DNA of 64,000 nucleotides from Kudoa neothunni (lineage: Eukaryota; Animalia; Cnidaria), in assembly GCA_964304625.1 (NCBI GenBank), contig OZ199838.1:62001-126000 (forward strand), in the 5' to 3' direction. Of this stretch, positions 40,245 through 52,800 are shown piece after piece (position 1 is the first letter of the stretch; every line of letters begins with the position of its first letter). The position numbers were made by a program, and so were the translations under genes. The notes under the pieces were generated by a model, which saw nothing but the letters and a program-made list of their open reading frames with translations, did no database searches and was not told the origin of the DNA.

Positions 40245-42899
40245 TGTGTTTGCAGCAGTACGCATGTTCCATGGAGAATCTTTTTGTAAATACAGCTTTT
40301 AGTTTGCAATTGAATAGATGATAACATTAAGAAAAATCGTTCATTTGCTTAGAAGTACTAATAAAATAAATGCCACAGTCCGAAGTAGGGAATTTCCTGG
40401 TTATCTTCATCAATTATCAGGTTAAAATGTACTTGCATAATATTGAAGGTTGTTTACTTCAGAGTAATAATCAATAAGAACGAACTTTTAATCACTATAC
40501 ACAAAGAGAATCTGCTAATTATGATATAGAATTTGTTAGAAATGTTACATATGCCTGCTTGGAGTAATTTTAAGACAGATAGTGTCACTACAGCCATATT
40601 TATAAGAGATGTAGCATTCCCCTTGAAATTTTAAGCGTAACCAAATTATTTAGAATGTATTTTCACTTTTCAAGCGTTATGGATATAGTTAAGCGAAAAT
40701 GATTTTGATCATTTTAAATAAAACACATAATTTGAGATTATAAGTTGTTACTACGTTGGAATTATTTGGGTTTCTACAAAAGTTCTAAAAACGATGTAAG
40801 ATGTGTGTAGAGTTTTCAAATAATTAAAATTTTATGGTAACTTCTTAAATGAAAATTTCTTTGTATCAAACATATCTATTAAGAATGAAATTATATTCGT
40901 CTTTTCAATACGTTTTTACTCATTTTATTGTTTTCCTAAACTTTCTTGCGAAACATCTAGCATAACTAATTCGATAAGGTTTTATATTTAATGAGATAAT
41001 TTTTTAAATGATGTTTAAGTTCTTAATAACCTAATTATTCCTTACACCCATACCTTAAGTTTAATATTCAAATCAATATACAATTTTCTTTCGTTAAAAA
41101 TAATTCATTGATATACTAGCTGCAAGAAAATATGCGACACCGCATTCTATACGTAGTTTAAGAATTTATATTCACGATTACTTTTGCACAAAATACAGTC
41201 CCTTCTCAATCCCAACACGTGTCATATAATTAATAAGAAATTATTGATCTATTCGATCTAACCGATATTTTCATAAATTTTTCGTTAATCTAAGGATAGT
41301 TCAATATAAAGAAAATTTTTGGGGCAATCAAACAAGACGTTTATTGTCAAAAGGGTGCTTTCCTTCGGGAAAACCGGTTGATATTAAGCAGTATGGTAAT
41401 TTCCCAAACCAAAAACACCTTTACAATTTAGATTTAATTGTATTTTGTTAATTAAATTTGTATATTTATGAACCAGTGAGTATTTTTGTTAAAAAATGTG
41501 CTAATAACGAATGTATAATTTTCCGCTCACAGATTATTAAAACATCATTGACATCCTTTACAAAATCAAAAAAGAATGATTAACAATTAATATTTATATT
41601 TCTGACGCATTTTAGGTCGATTTTATTTTTTTATCGATTGTAGACTAATAATAAATTCTATAATTAGACGGATTAATTTTTATCGTAAAATTTTGAAAAT
41701 AACTGTAAGTCCTATTTAAGTTATTTAATGATTTTGTTTCACAAAAAACTGAACTTTAATCGCTAATTACATTTCTCTTAAAATTAAGGTCATCATAGTT
41801 TTGGTCAATAATTTGTAAAATAAACTTTAAAATATTCATTAATTTCTCTCCATACCTCTATATATTTGAATGGAAAGTGTTCGCATAATTTCTTTTATCT
41901 AAATTATCACATTGCAAAAATAATGGCAAGCTTTAAAATGCATAAATTAAAATAGAAAAATAAAATTAAAAGTTAACAATTTCCATCACACTGTACCAGG
42001 CAAAACTAGGCATTAGCGCTATTCACTTGAAAATCAAATAGGCTTTAGTCTGCGCCAGGTGTTAGCTTATTTGGCTGGAAAAGGACACCCTCGCGAAGCG
42101 GGGCTTTTGCGCTAGTCTTTGATAAGTCAGTTAATGCAATAAAGTTATTAGAGAACATAATTAGAAGTCATAAAGTTGAGCTTATTGATTCTTTCCTTGA
42201 AACATGTATCTTACATTAAATATTTATATTATATTTGATTTTAGATAGAAAAATAATCAAAAACTGTGAAAATACCGTTTATATGTTATGAAAAATAGGA
42301 CCTCAAAAAAGATAGTGAATTCGACTCGATACATCCCGTGAATTTTCAAAAGTTGCAACCGAGAATACTGAAGAATTGATCCATTCTGAGAACATCGGAA
42401 GCATTATGAATGAAATCGATTTCCCCTCCACCCCAAACACTTCTCCGTTCAATGGTTATAAATAATAATTATCATTTTAATTTAGTTTAGTTTTAGACTT
42501 GGAATTGCTATCCAAAGTAAAATCGGTAGGAAGGAACCTAACTGTGATTGGTGTCAGAAAGAGAAAAAAACAAAAATATACTAAATAAAAATTTGTCTTA
42601 CATATTTATGCTCGTTTAAAACATATTTATTCTTTCGAATAGACAAATTGGTCTTATCAATTAAGATAAACTGCTAATATTGCGCCGTTATTCGGAAGCA
42701 CTTTAGTTTCGCCAGTATAATTCGAATGCTAATTTTTAATATACTTTATTAGGAATATAAAAGCATCTATTATTAGCATCGTTATTCTTTATCTATTAGG
42801 TAAACTAAATAATAATTGCTTATGTATTAAGATTTAGGGGCGTTTATAAGGCAATCTATATAACAAGTGTGTATATGTCTATAAATTTTTCAAATCAAC

Positions 42900-44410
42900 T
42901 GCTTTTTATGGATTATGTTAATATATAAAATTCAATTAAATTCTATCAGTTAATTTTAGAGATATTAACTGCCCCTGAAATAGCCACTGCCATTTATCTT
43001 TAGGATCAGCTAAAACGAAAATTTTTAACCCGTACTTTTCTGATTTAAAGAGTATATATTGCATTAATGAAATTCTTCCTTTAAATGCAACTAATTGTTC
43101 ATCCACCATGATATCCTCATTAGGAACAAAACAAAGTGACAAAATTCTAGACCAGGTTGTTCAAATTACACGAATTTAAACCAAACTTATCGTTAAACCT
43201 TGATTCTCTGATATTACGATCACCGACATGGGGGAGGCCTTGATATATGTTTGAATCGCCGATGAGAGAAAAGTTTCCGGTAGATTTCACTGCCTTTTCT
43301 CAAGTTGAAAAGCTCGGATAGGGGCTTCCCTCTGTCTTTACGAATAGCCATTAAGATGAGCATTCCCAAATACCATAGAAATTCAACATAATCCACGTCC
43401 TCCCAGTTTTCTTTGAAGAATTATTTTCCAGCAATATTTGTATTTTTTATAATTTCATCGCACATATCCCCTGTAAAAAATATATTAAAACAGTCAGAAA
43501 TATTTTTCACATATTTCAAACAATAATTTGTAGGTCCAGGGTGAGAGTTCATAATATTTTCGACGGTGGTTTTTGACGGAGAAGGCTTGGTTAGACTCCA
43601 AATTAACCCACTCTTACTTGTTGTATTATCATCAAGATTGTCTACTTCAAATACAGAACTGTAACTTTCTGAATATCCTGATTGGCTGCAATCAAATTCA
43701 AAATCAAACGTTTGGTATTCATCGCAGTACCCCATTCCTCCACTCGTTGCATTTGCTTCATACGCGCAATCACGTGACGATAAATATTATTTAAAGGGAA
43801 CGATTTTTTAACCAACTCAAAACCTAACAAAGGTTAAAACCCTTGAGTTTAATTAAAAATAAATTAAATATACCTCTCAAGAACTTAAAAAATTTTCCTT
43901 AAAAATATTATTTATTTTTATTACTTTCTGACATTTTTTAAACTAATTATTAAATATATTAAACGTTATTTTAAACTATGAGAATCGCTGAAATTCTAAA
44001 AGAATTGAAAATTCGTAAAAAAAGTTATGTAAGGATTAACTTTCATCTGGAGTCTAAAAGACCCCCAAGATCGATAGAGGGGAAAAGGTATTAATGTAGA
44101 TTAAATAATATATATTAATTACTATTTTATAAAAATTGAGTCCATATAATTCGAACAACAATACTAATTCACTTTAAAACAACTTTTTTAGTAATCTCGT
44201 TAAATAAAAATTTGAGCCCAAATGATCCCAAAAGATCCCAAAGACTTCCGAAGATAAAAACATTTTTCATACTATTATTGTACGATTTTTTCCCTTAATT
44301 TTATTATTATATATCGTGAAAAAAAATTAGGAAAAAATGTCAAAAACAGAGAAATATTGGTGTTTATTATGCTTTGGGGTCAAATTGACTCCAAACTAAT
44401 CGGAAGGTTA
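42900..44410 (-). mobile_element. Truncated piggyBac
   Basis: MVDEQLVAFKGR..KYGLKIF remnant and acidic N-terminus; terminus ggggtcaaattgactcc...ggaagg|TTAA near 44410. Confidence 0.8.
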
Positions 44411-44551
44411 ATAGCTATTGTGCTTATTTAATAATATTAATTAAGCTTGTTTTAATCTTATTTAGCCAATGAACTATTGAGTTAATATTTTTATGTGCAT
44501 TTGATAATCCATCTTCGTATCAATTTTTGTTATTAGAATTGTCTGCCATAA

Positions 44552-46043
44552 ATGAGTTTATTTTTATTAAAGATATGTTTTGTGCTTTATTTTCCAAATT
44601 TTTTGTCAGGTAAAAAATTTTTTCTTCCATATTGATAATTTTTTAGATCCAATATTACCCTCTTATGAAAGAGATGAAGGAGATTGGCCTGTGGATGTGC
44701 AAAGGAATATGAACAATGTTATCGATCGATGGTTCATTGACATACAAGATGCTAAATGCAAACCTCTCGAATATCGTGGAATCAACGGAAACTATAACAA
44801 TTTTGCCTCAAAAGGACTATGTGAACTTTATGGTATTTTTTCTAAATTAATGCAAATTTATTACCACTTCTTGTAGGACAGTTGACAAAAAAAGAAAAAC
44901 TTGAAGGGTGCAAAAAACCTTATCATCCAGGACACTGTGTAAAAAACACCTCAACAAAGGATCAGTTCTATTTTGATCAAACAAAAGCCGATTGTGTTTC
45001 TTTCCAATATAATGGATGTGGAGGAAGCTTCAATCGTTACAATGATAAAGAAGAATGCATGTTATACTGCTTAAGTAAAAAAATATAAAAATTTCTTTAG
45101 AATTAGATCATATTTTGTAGATAAAAGGAATGGCGGGCTTACAAATGCTGATGATGAAAAAATAAAAAAAAGTTGATGCAGACTCAATTTACCAAGTACC
45201 GAATACATTGGACTGCGAGCTTAGACCTGATGTTAAAGACAAAGACCCAAGCACTTCAATTATTGCTGATATTAAGAAAAATAAGTGTGCTCTTGCAGCA
45301 GTCTCATTAGACACAAATACAAGAGGGATCTTCAAATCGTTTGGTGAATGTGTTAAAAAATGTTTTCGTATATTTATTATTTATATCATTATCTAATATA
45401 TTTTAGCAAAGGCGAGTACAGATAAGGGGTGATGGTGTAACTGAATTTAATAAGATAGCAGCTGCATGCGAAGGTGGTCCATTTCAAGTTGCATTATCTA
45501 ACCCAATAAACCCAAAAAATGGTGAGGTTGTGTTCCGATACTACTATCACACCGTAGAAAAAGTTTGTAAACGCATGGAAACAAAAGAATCCACATTTGA
45601 TTCTACTAAAAATAATTTTTCCAACTATGGAAATGTGTCATAGCTATTGCGGAGCAGGTACGCATGTTAATTCCTGTTAAAAAATTGAAATTATATAAAA
45701 GTTTCTATTATATTGTGTTTATAAACTATTTATAAGTTTGAAATAAATTTAGAGAATTACCAAAAGAAAATTGTGATCGAAGAAACTTGCGTTCAAATCA
45801 AACAGGGTGTTGCGGCTGACGAACAAAACTCATTTAAAGTCAAAAGATATTATTATGACCGATTCTCATAATAAATGCAAAGCTTTTTATTATAAGGGAT
45901 ATGATGGGAACTCTAATAATTTTAAAACGGGAGATGAATGCAAAACGATCTGTGGTGGCCATTACAACCAAGGAGTACCTGTTGATGTAGACAATAATGT
46001 AAAACAGTTCATGACTAAAATCGTATCGCATTTTCATATTTAA
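44552..46043 (+). CDS. Secreted five-domain Kunitz/BPTI protein (needs four +1 frame corrections)
   Basis: Signal peptide MSLFLLKICFVLYFPNFLS; Kunitz motifs YRGINGNYNNF, FQYNGCGGSFNRY, RYYY..C, YKGYDGNSNNF; 6 exons. Confidence 0.85.
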
Positions 46044-46989
46044 ATCATTATAAATCTTATAAATCAAGTTTATACGTCTCGAATTTTCATATAAATTATC
46101 GCATACGATCATTTGAAATTGAATATACTTCATACCAATTATTTAGTAGACTTTTAATGTTATATGTGTATGTTTTTTACATGTTATATTCCATTTGAAC
46201 TCGCCCACTTTTGAGATTCTCTTTGAGCGCCATTATATTATCTATCGCTTGATTTTTTAAGCCTTAATTTTTTTGAAAATATCAAGAAAATTATAAAATA
46301 TAGCATGTTCTTTTATAATGTTACTTAGTTACATTATTTTCTGCTGCCTAATAATTGTAACGCTATGTTAATTCTCACCATGAAAAAAATAATTCAAAAT
46401 AAATAAAGTAAAATATAAAAACTTCAATATAATTTATTTATTATATAAATACAGAGGTAAATATATGTAAGAAAATTTCTAAAATTTAAGGAAATATGAA
46501 CAGAAATCAACTATCTTAAAGACGATAAACCACGAGATAATTGTGTATTTAAAATAAAATTAGTTCGAATTGTCATTCAAAGTATACAATATAAATCTGA
46601 ATGAATGAAGAATCAGCCTCTAACTCAACGATGATAAGACTTTACTTATTTAGTATTCCCATTCTCATGAATAAAAAATAAGTTAAGGTTAGAAATAGCG
46701 TTTCGGTTCAGGCTAACTTTGATTTTTAAATCCCACAAAATTAATTCTGCTAGAAATATGTTTTTTTATGATTATCGAAGCTTCAATAAACTTTAAGGAA
46801 ATGAATTAATCAATAACTATAAAAATTAAATTACTTTGAGTTTAATTTCGATATCTTTGGAGTTTTATATATTTTGATTTTAGGGGCTGCGAAACTGTTT
46901 TGAGGACAAATTTATAAAAATGATCTGAATAAAAGAATATTAATTTAAATAGTAAAAATTAATTTTCGTAATTTATTATCGAGTTATAC

Positions 46990-49640
46990 AGTTATTGCTA
47001 ATTTTTAATGATAACCGTAAATTGATCTTAACTTATGCTGCGCTTATCTCAGTGGTTAAAATTGCATTATAAAAAGGTTTATTAAATCTATCCCCTAGAA
47101 TACATGAAAGTATACATCTATTTTTTCATTTTTGAAACATTTTCGGCTATGATAAATTATTCCTAATACCATCCAAAGCCGAGCAATTCGCGCTAGAAAC
47201 CTATAATACTACTTGTATTCTCGGAACTTGTGAGACAAAATTATCTTTTGAATATGACAAATATATCATAATATTAATTTATTTACCCTAATAATAATTT
47301 TAATTTTGTCTTTAAAATTAAGAAAATTTTTTAAAGTCAATTAATTATTACATCTATACGTAACACTTTTCTAAACAAACGTCGACATTGTTCGTATGCA
47401 GATAGTTGTATTGGTATGTTTTTGTTATATTATTTTGAACCAATTAAGAACGAATGACGGAAAACGGAAGGAAAATAAAAGCCAATCTTCAATAAGCCAT
47501 TTTAATAAATCATGAGGCTGAGATTATTCTTTCACAAATTTAGACAACATAATAATGCATGTTGTATATAACGCTAATCTAGTAAAGTTCAAATTCAACA
47601 TTGCGAGATATGGTAAAACAACCCATTCATCTGAATATTTAAAGCACTCAAGCTAGTTCATAAGAAGAAATATAAAAAAAATGAAAATTTGTTTGTCAAA
47701 GTGACTAATGTTAAAAAAATTGTATATGGAAAAGAAGAAACGACGAGTGTCAACTTATATGTATCTTGTTGAATAACAACGACATCAGATGTGGTCCCCA
47801 TATCAAAAAGAACGAAGATCCTTATACTTTACGATAGTTAGCTCATGAATTGGCTGATAGATAATCCTATTTTTAAATTGTTATATTAGATGAAAGAGTA
47901 TATTCATATAAAAGACAATATTTTCCAACGATTTTGATGATTTTATTTATCATTAAAAATGTGACTTTAAACTTTTATTGTTTGGTGACAAATTGTATAT
48001 TTTAGGTTAAATCCTATTTTGTGAAATATGCATTCACGTTTTTGTGTATTTTTCTTGTAATATGCATGATCAAGTACAATATTTTCAATATAAGTAGTGA
48101 AATTATCTAGAGTAATTGTTTCTTATCTATTCCTAGAATTATCGTATTATTGGGAGCCTAAAGTGGTACAAGTTAGTTGTTTCGAACAACCTCTATGTAT
48201 ACAGAATATCGATAAAAAAATCATGTGATTATTTAGTTACATCAATATCTATAAATCTGAACGATATTTCTATTGAAGAAGTCGAAAATTTATTTAAAGA
48301 AAAATATAAACATAGACTTAACAAAAACGGAATTTTAGGGAATACGGAATGTGGAAAAGAAAAAGTAAAAATATATTGTCACATTATAATACATTTATTT
48401 TATTAGGTTGCTATTATTGTCCCGTTCAAAAATAGACACAAACAAATGGGTGTGTTTTTGAGGCACATGCACCCATTCCTCCAAAAGCAAGATATTAATT
48501 ATAGGATTTTTCTAGTGAATCAAGTAAAAAATATAAAGGTTGAAACTATATTTTGAGAATATAATTAGACCAACGACCACCCATTTAACAAAGCTCTATT
48601 GTTAAATGTGGGATATCTGGAAAGTTTAAAATTAGGAAAATATGAATGTTTCATTTTTGCAGACATTGATTTGTTGCCCGAAAATGAGTTCAACCGATAT
48701 GATTGTTCCAATTCACCTGAACATTTTACCCAAAATATTAAATCGAATAATTACCAGTATTTTTATATCTATTACAATTAATACTTATAATATTTATAAG
48801 AATTTATTATGAAACATATTTCGGTGGAGTGGTAGGATTGTCACGAGAACACTTTGAAAAAGTGAATGGATTCTCTAATATTTTTTGGGGTTGGGGTGGT
48901 GAAGATGATGATCTATATAATCGGTAAGATAATGCCTCAGTTAATAGAAAAATAATTTAAATTTAGCATAATATCTAATGGATTTCGTTTATACAGGAAA
49001 AATCCATTATTAACACGTTACATTGATAATGTGAGGTATCACACCAGACATAGTGGTAAAAATCCCAAGAGGTAATAAAATGTTATAATTGTCATTATTT
49101 AATAATTATATGAAGGCTTAATATTTTAAATGAGATGAAAAATCTTGGGAATAAATCTGGATTGAATAATATTATATATAATATAACATCAATTAAAGAA
49201 TATATGCTATTCACCGAAATAAATGTTGATATAGAAGCCACATATAAGGATTATCTAACCAACTGGGCTCCTTTATTCTGATGGCTGGTTATCATATTAT
49301 GTTCAGTTGTTCATTTTTTTTTGTATTCTTTAAAAAATAACATACATAACAAAAGTATAACAAGAAATAATTTTGAGGATAATTTCTAATGTTCGTGGAA
49401 TTTATTGCTTAACATGTTTACGTACGCCTAGGATGTAACTGACCCCTTTTTATTCATTGTTTCGTAAATTGTAGTACTCTCGATATATTAAGAAATAACA
49501 AAATCTCTCTTGTTGTCTACATACTTTTTTTAAGTTTTTCTTATTATTTCTGACATCTAATAACTTATACAAAAATTTATATTTCAACATAGATAAAAAC
49601 CAAATTTTCGTGCATAACAAGGTCCAATGTACCCTATTGT
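46990..49640 (+). repeat. Segmental duplication copy 2
   Basis: Collinear with ~1450-6740 minus the piggyBac. Confidence 0.9.
47937..49281 (+). CDS. GT7 beta-1,4-glycosyltransferase, copy 2 (9 exons, intact)
   Basis: Same exon structure as copy 1; PFNKALLLNVG, FADID, YETYFGGV, WGWGGEDDDLYNR; TGA 49279-49281. Confidence 0.93.
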
Positions 49641-49676
49641 GCAGCAATGTAATATTTTTGTACGTACGTACTAATG
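49413..49676. mobile_element. piggyBac-type MITE
   Basis: TTAA|catgtttacgtacg ... cgtacgtactaatg|TTAA; partial paralog at ~6535-6740. Confidence 0.65.
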
Positions 49677-49823
49677 TTAAAATATCTGTGTGTATGGAAT
49701 CATTATGTCACATCTGAATGACTTGGTATACTCAGTAGAACGCAACTCATATAAAATACATAAATTAACTTAAAAGATATGAATTTTTATATGTTTTAAA
49801 ACATTTTTTGATATAATCGCGGA

Positions 49824-52800
49824 TTATTCTTTTGGAACACAACATCCGTTAACGCAAACCTAAATCAAATAATTCTTCCGTATGGAAGAGTTGCAAAAAT
49901 AAAATTATTACCATTGATTCGCCACAAACGTATCCATCGGGTACAACACTCAAAGACTCGGGAGCACTACTAAAAATATTGTTAATACGCATGAAAAAGT
50001 CGCTGTACTGGCATGTAATAATGGAGCCGTCACTCTCAACCATGTACTCTTTTATACTCTGGAGTTCAAATGCTGATGAAGCTTCACACCAGATTCTTGG
50101 GCATCGAGGATCTCTATGATTAAATTAGATTATTTAATATATCAATAAAAACTAATTTAAACAAAAATTTGTTTATATATTTAATGATAATCAAAAAGAT
50201 TGAAACAATTTATTTATCGATTAACTTTTTTATTAACCAAATATATAATTGTTAATCCGTTAAACTAACAATTCGTTTTTATGTATTCTCCAATATAGTG
50301 AATTAAAAATTTTCCGTTTGAATCCCGTTATATCATATATTTAATTATACTACTTTAAACATTTAAATTCTAGGAGTTATTTGTAACTCAAATAATCACC
50401 ACAACGCTCAAGGATCGGTTGTAGATTAAAAACTCCATATCCCTCTCTATATTTTTATTTCATAATTTTGAAAAAAAATATTAAAGAATAATTTTACTTT
50501 AAAAAGTTTAATTTATATCAAGTGTTATTTTAAATAACATCTAAATATACAATGTTACGAATTCAATTTTTTTTAACCTTTCAAATAAAATGGGGCCCAT
50601 TTACACCCCAAACGATTATTGATTACAATTTTTTTCATTACACACGCATCAAATGCAATTCATGTTTCTACTAAGCTTCTAAACTAACGTAATACACATA
50701 AAGCGAAAATTAAATTTTAATTATTTTTATTTTAACTTAAAGTAAAGATAAAAAAACCTCCGAGTAAAATTTGGGTGTAAATACACCCCAACGTTTTTTT
50801 TTTGATACAATTGTTAAATTTGTTTTATGAAATATATTTGGAACTTTTTAGATAATTCTAACTGTTAAATAACCCTTAAATTCGCAATAACTTATTCAAT
50901 TTATTTGGTGCACATGTGCGAAAATAATGAGTTCTTGCGACCACGGGGATAGTGATAGTCGTTTTGACATTGGTTCTTCTTATTATGATTTCTTATCTGA
51001 TAATAAAGATTATACCACTAATGTATTATTAGACTTAATAGTTGATAAAAATGGAATGCTATGGACAGTTGAAAACCCCATAGCTTCTACATCAACTGAA
51101 AATATTATAAATAATCGCCCCGGTGTTTACCCTACATATCTCAAAATTTTAACGAAATTGTTGCTACTTTTTAGGTGCTATGTAATCTGAATATGTATAA
51201 GTTGATTTTAAAGTTTACAAATCAAGATGGGGAAAACTTTTTTGAATATGCTTCGACAAAATCATATGACATCGAACCTAATGACTTCATTGGATGCTAA
51301 ATTTTAATTGGCACACATAATGAAGAAAAAGAAACTGTTAAAGAATTATTTAGATCTGAAGAAGACCGAAAAATATATCGCGATCCCTTTTCATGAACAA
51401 GATTTCGATCAATTATACAGACACTTCACTTGGGTGCACTCAGAAATTAGCATACCTGAGAAAAGTTAATGACAAATTCTGTCATATCCGGGATCTTTGG
51501 AACATTTTTGTTGATTTACTTAATCGTATCTTTCATCTTTATGAAGATCTGTGGATCTATGAACAACTTGTTACATTCAAAGATCGCGTGAAGATTCAAG
51601 CAGTACATACTAATGTACTCTGTCAAATTTGAGATTAAGTTTTTTTATTGGTTGATACTAGTTCAACATAGGTTTGCAATTTATCCATCTACTTCGGTAA
51701 ATGATCTCAGAATGACACAAGGACTGTTATTTGTTATTGTGGGGGAAAAATTGTTTTGCAGCGTACGGAACAATTCATAAACTCTGGACCGAATGTCGTT
51801 TGTGACAACTTTTGTACGTCAATTGAGTTAGCTGATGAATTGTTAAATAGAAAACTTACAATTATTGGAACCATGCGTACAAACCAACGTGATATTCCAT
51901 TCTATCTACGACCTCAAAGAGCCACCCCCTTTTTATATTCATCTCTTTTTGTATTTAATAACAAAAGATGATATTCAGGTATTTACCGAGGAAGAACAAG
52001 CTTGTCTATATGCTTTGTTCATCTTCAAGTAACACTCACACTGCAGCTGAAGAGCCATTTCAACCCGACATCGTATTGCAGTATAATGCGATAAAAGAGG
52101 GAGTTGACATCATTGCAAGGTTATTGACGTCAATTAGTGTCAGAAGAATCAATCATCGTTTGTCACTAATTGTGTTTTTCAATACGATTGGCATTACCTT
52201 GAGAAATACCTTTCGTATATTCAAAAAACTCTTTTTTCTGTAAATCTTAGAAGAAGAGATTTCTTGGAAATGATGCCTGAGCAATTGACACGTCCACTGC
52301 TATCAAGAAATCAAAATATTCAACCCTATATTAGATCGATTGTAGACAGGGAAACGAATGTTCAAGGTAGATGTCAATTGTGTGAGAGAAAAAATGACAG
52401 GAAAACTACCTTAAATTGTGGAATTTTTATTAATTTTTGTTTCATCAAACATTCGAAATATATTTGTCTTAACTGAAGTAATAAATAATACACATATTAG
52501 TTTTTTTTATTTGTTTTTATGAATATTGAAATTTTTAAAGAATTGGCCATTTCTGTTTATACATATAAATTCAAGCATTAATTGATTCATGTAAATTTAT
52601 CTGGCCGCTAAAATATCCAATCATACCCACGCATGCGCCGTTAAGGTTTAACAATGTTTTCTCGTTAATTACTTTGAAAATTACTCTACAAAAATTATTT
52701 AAAATGCACGGAGATAATTATCTAATATTTTTCAACAATTTAGTTGAAATAAAAGTCTGGGTTGTATTTACACCCCAGACTTTATTTCTAAAGGTGTAAA

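Larger units (their letters stand above)
36624..42115 (+). mobile_element. Non-autonomous Helitron (copy E) hosting a hAT element
   Basis: 5' segment 36624-36669 resumes at 40245; homologous to copy D; degenerate end CTAT at 42022, second hairpin plus CTAG at 42115. Confidence 0.7.

Noticed and set aside
14460-45870. Euplotes-style frameshifting triggered at stop codons as the single explanation
   Set aside because: Codons before the stops vary (CCA, AAT, AAA, GGA, AGT, GGG, TCA), and at 45640 shifting at the stop would lose a conserved Kunitz Cys; the shift must occur earlier.
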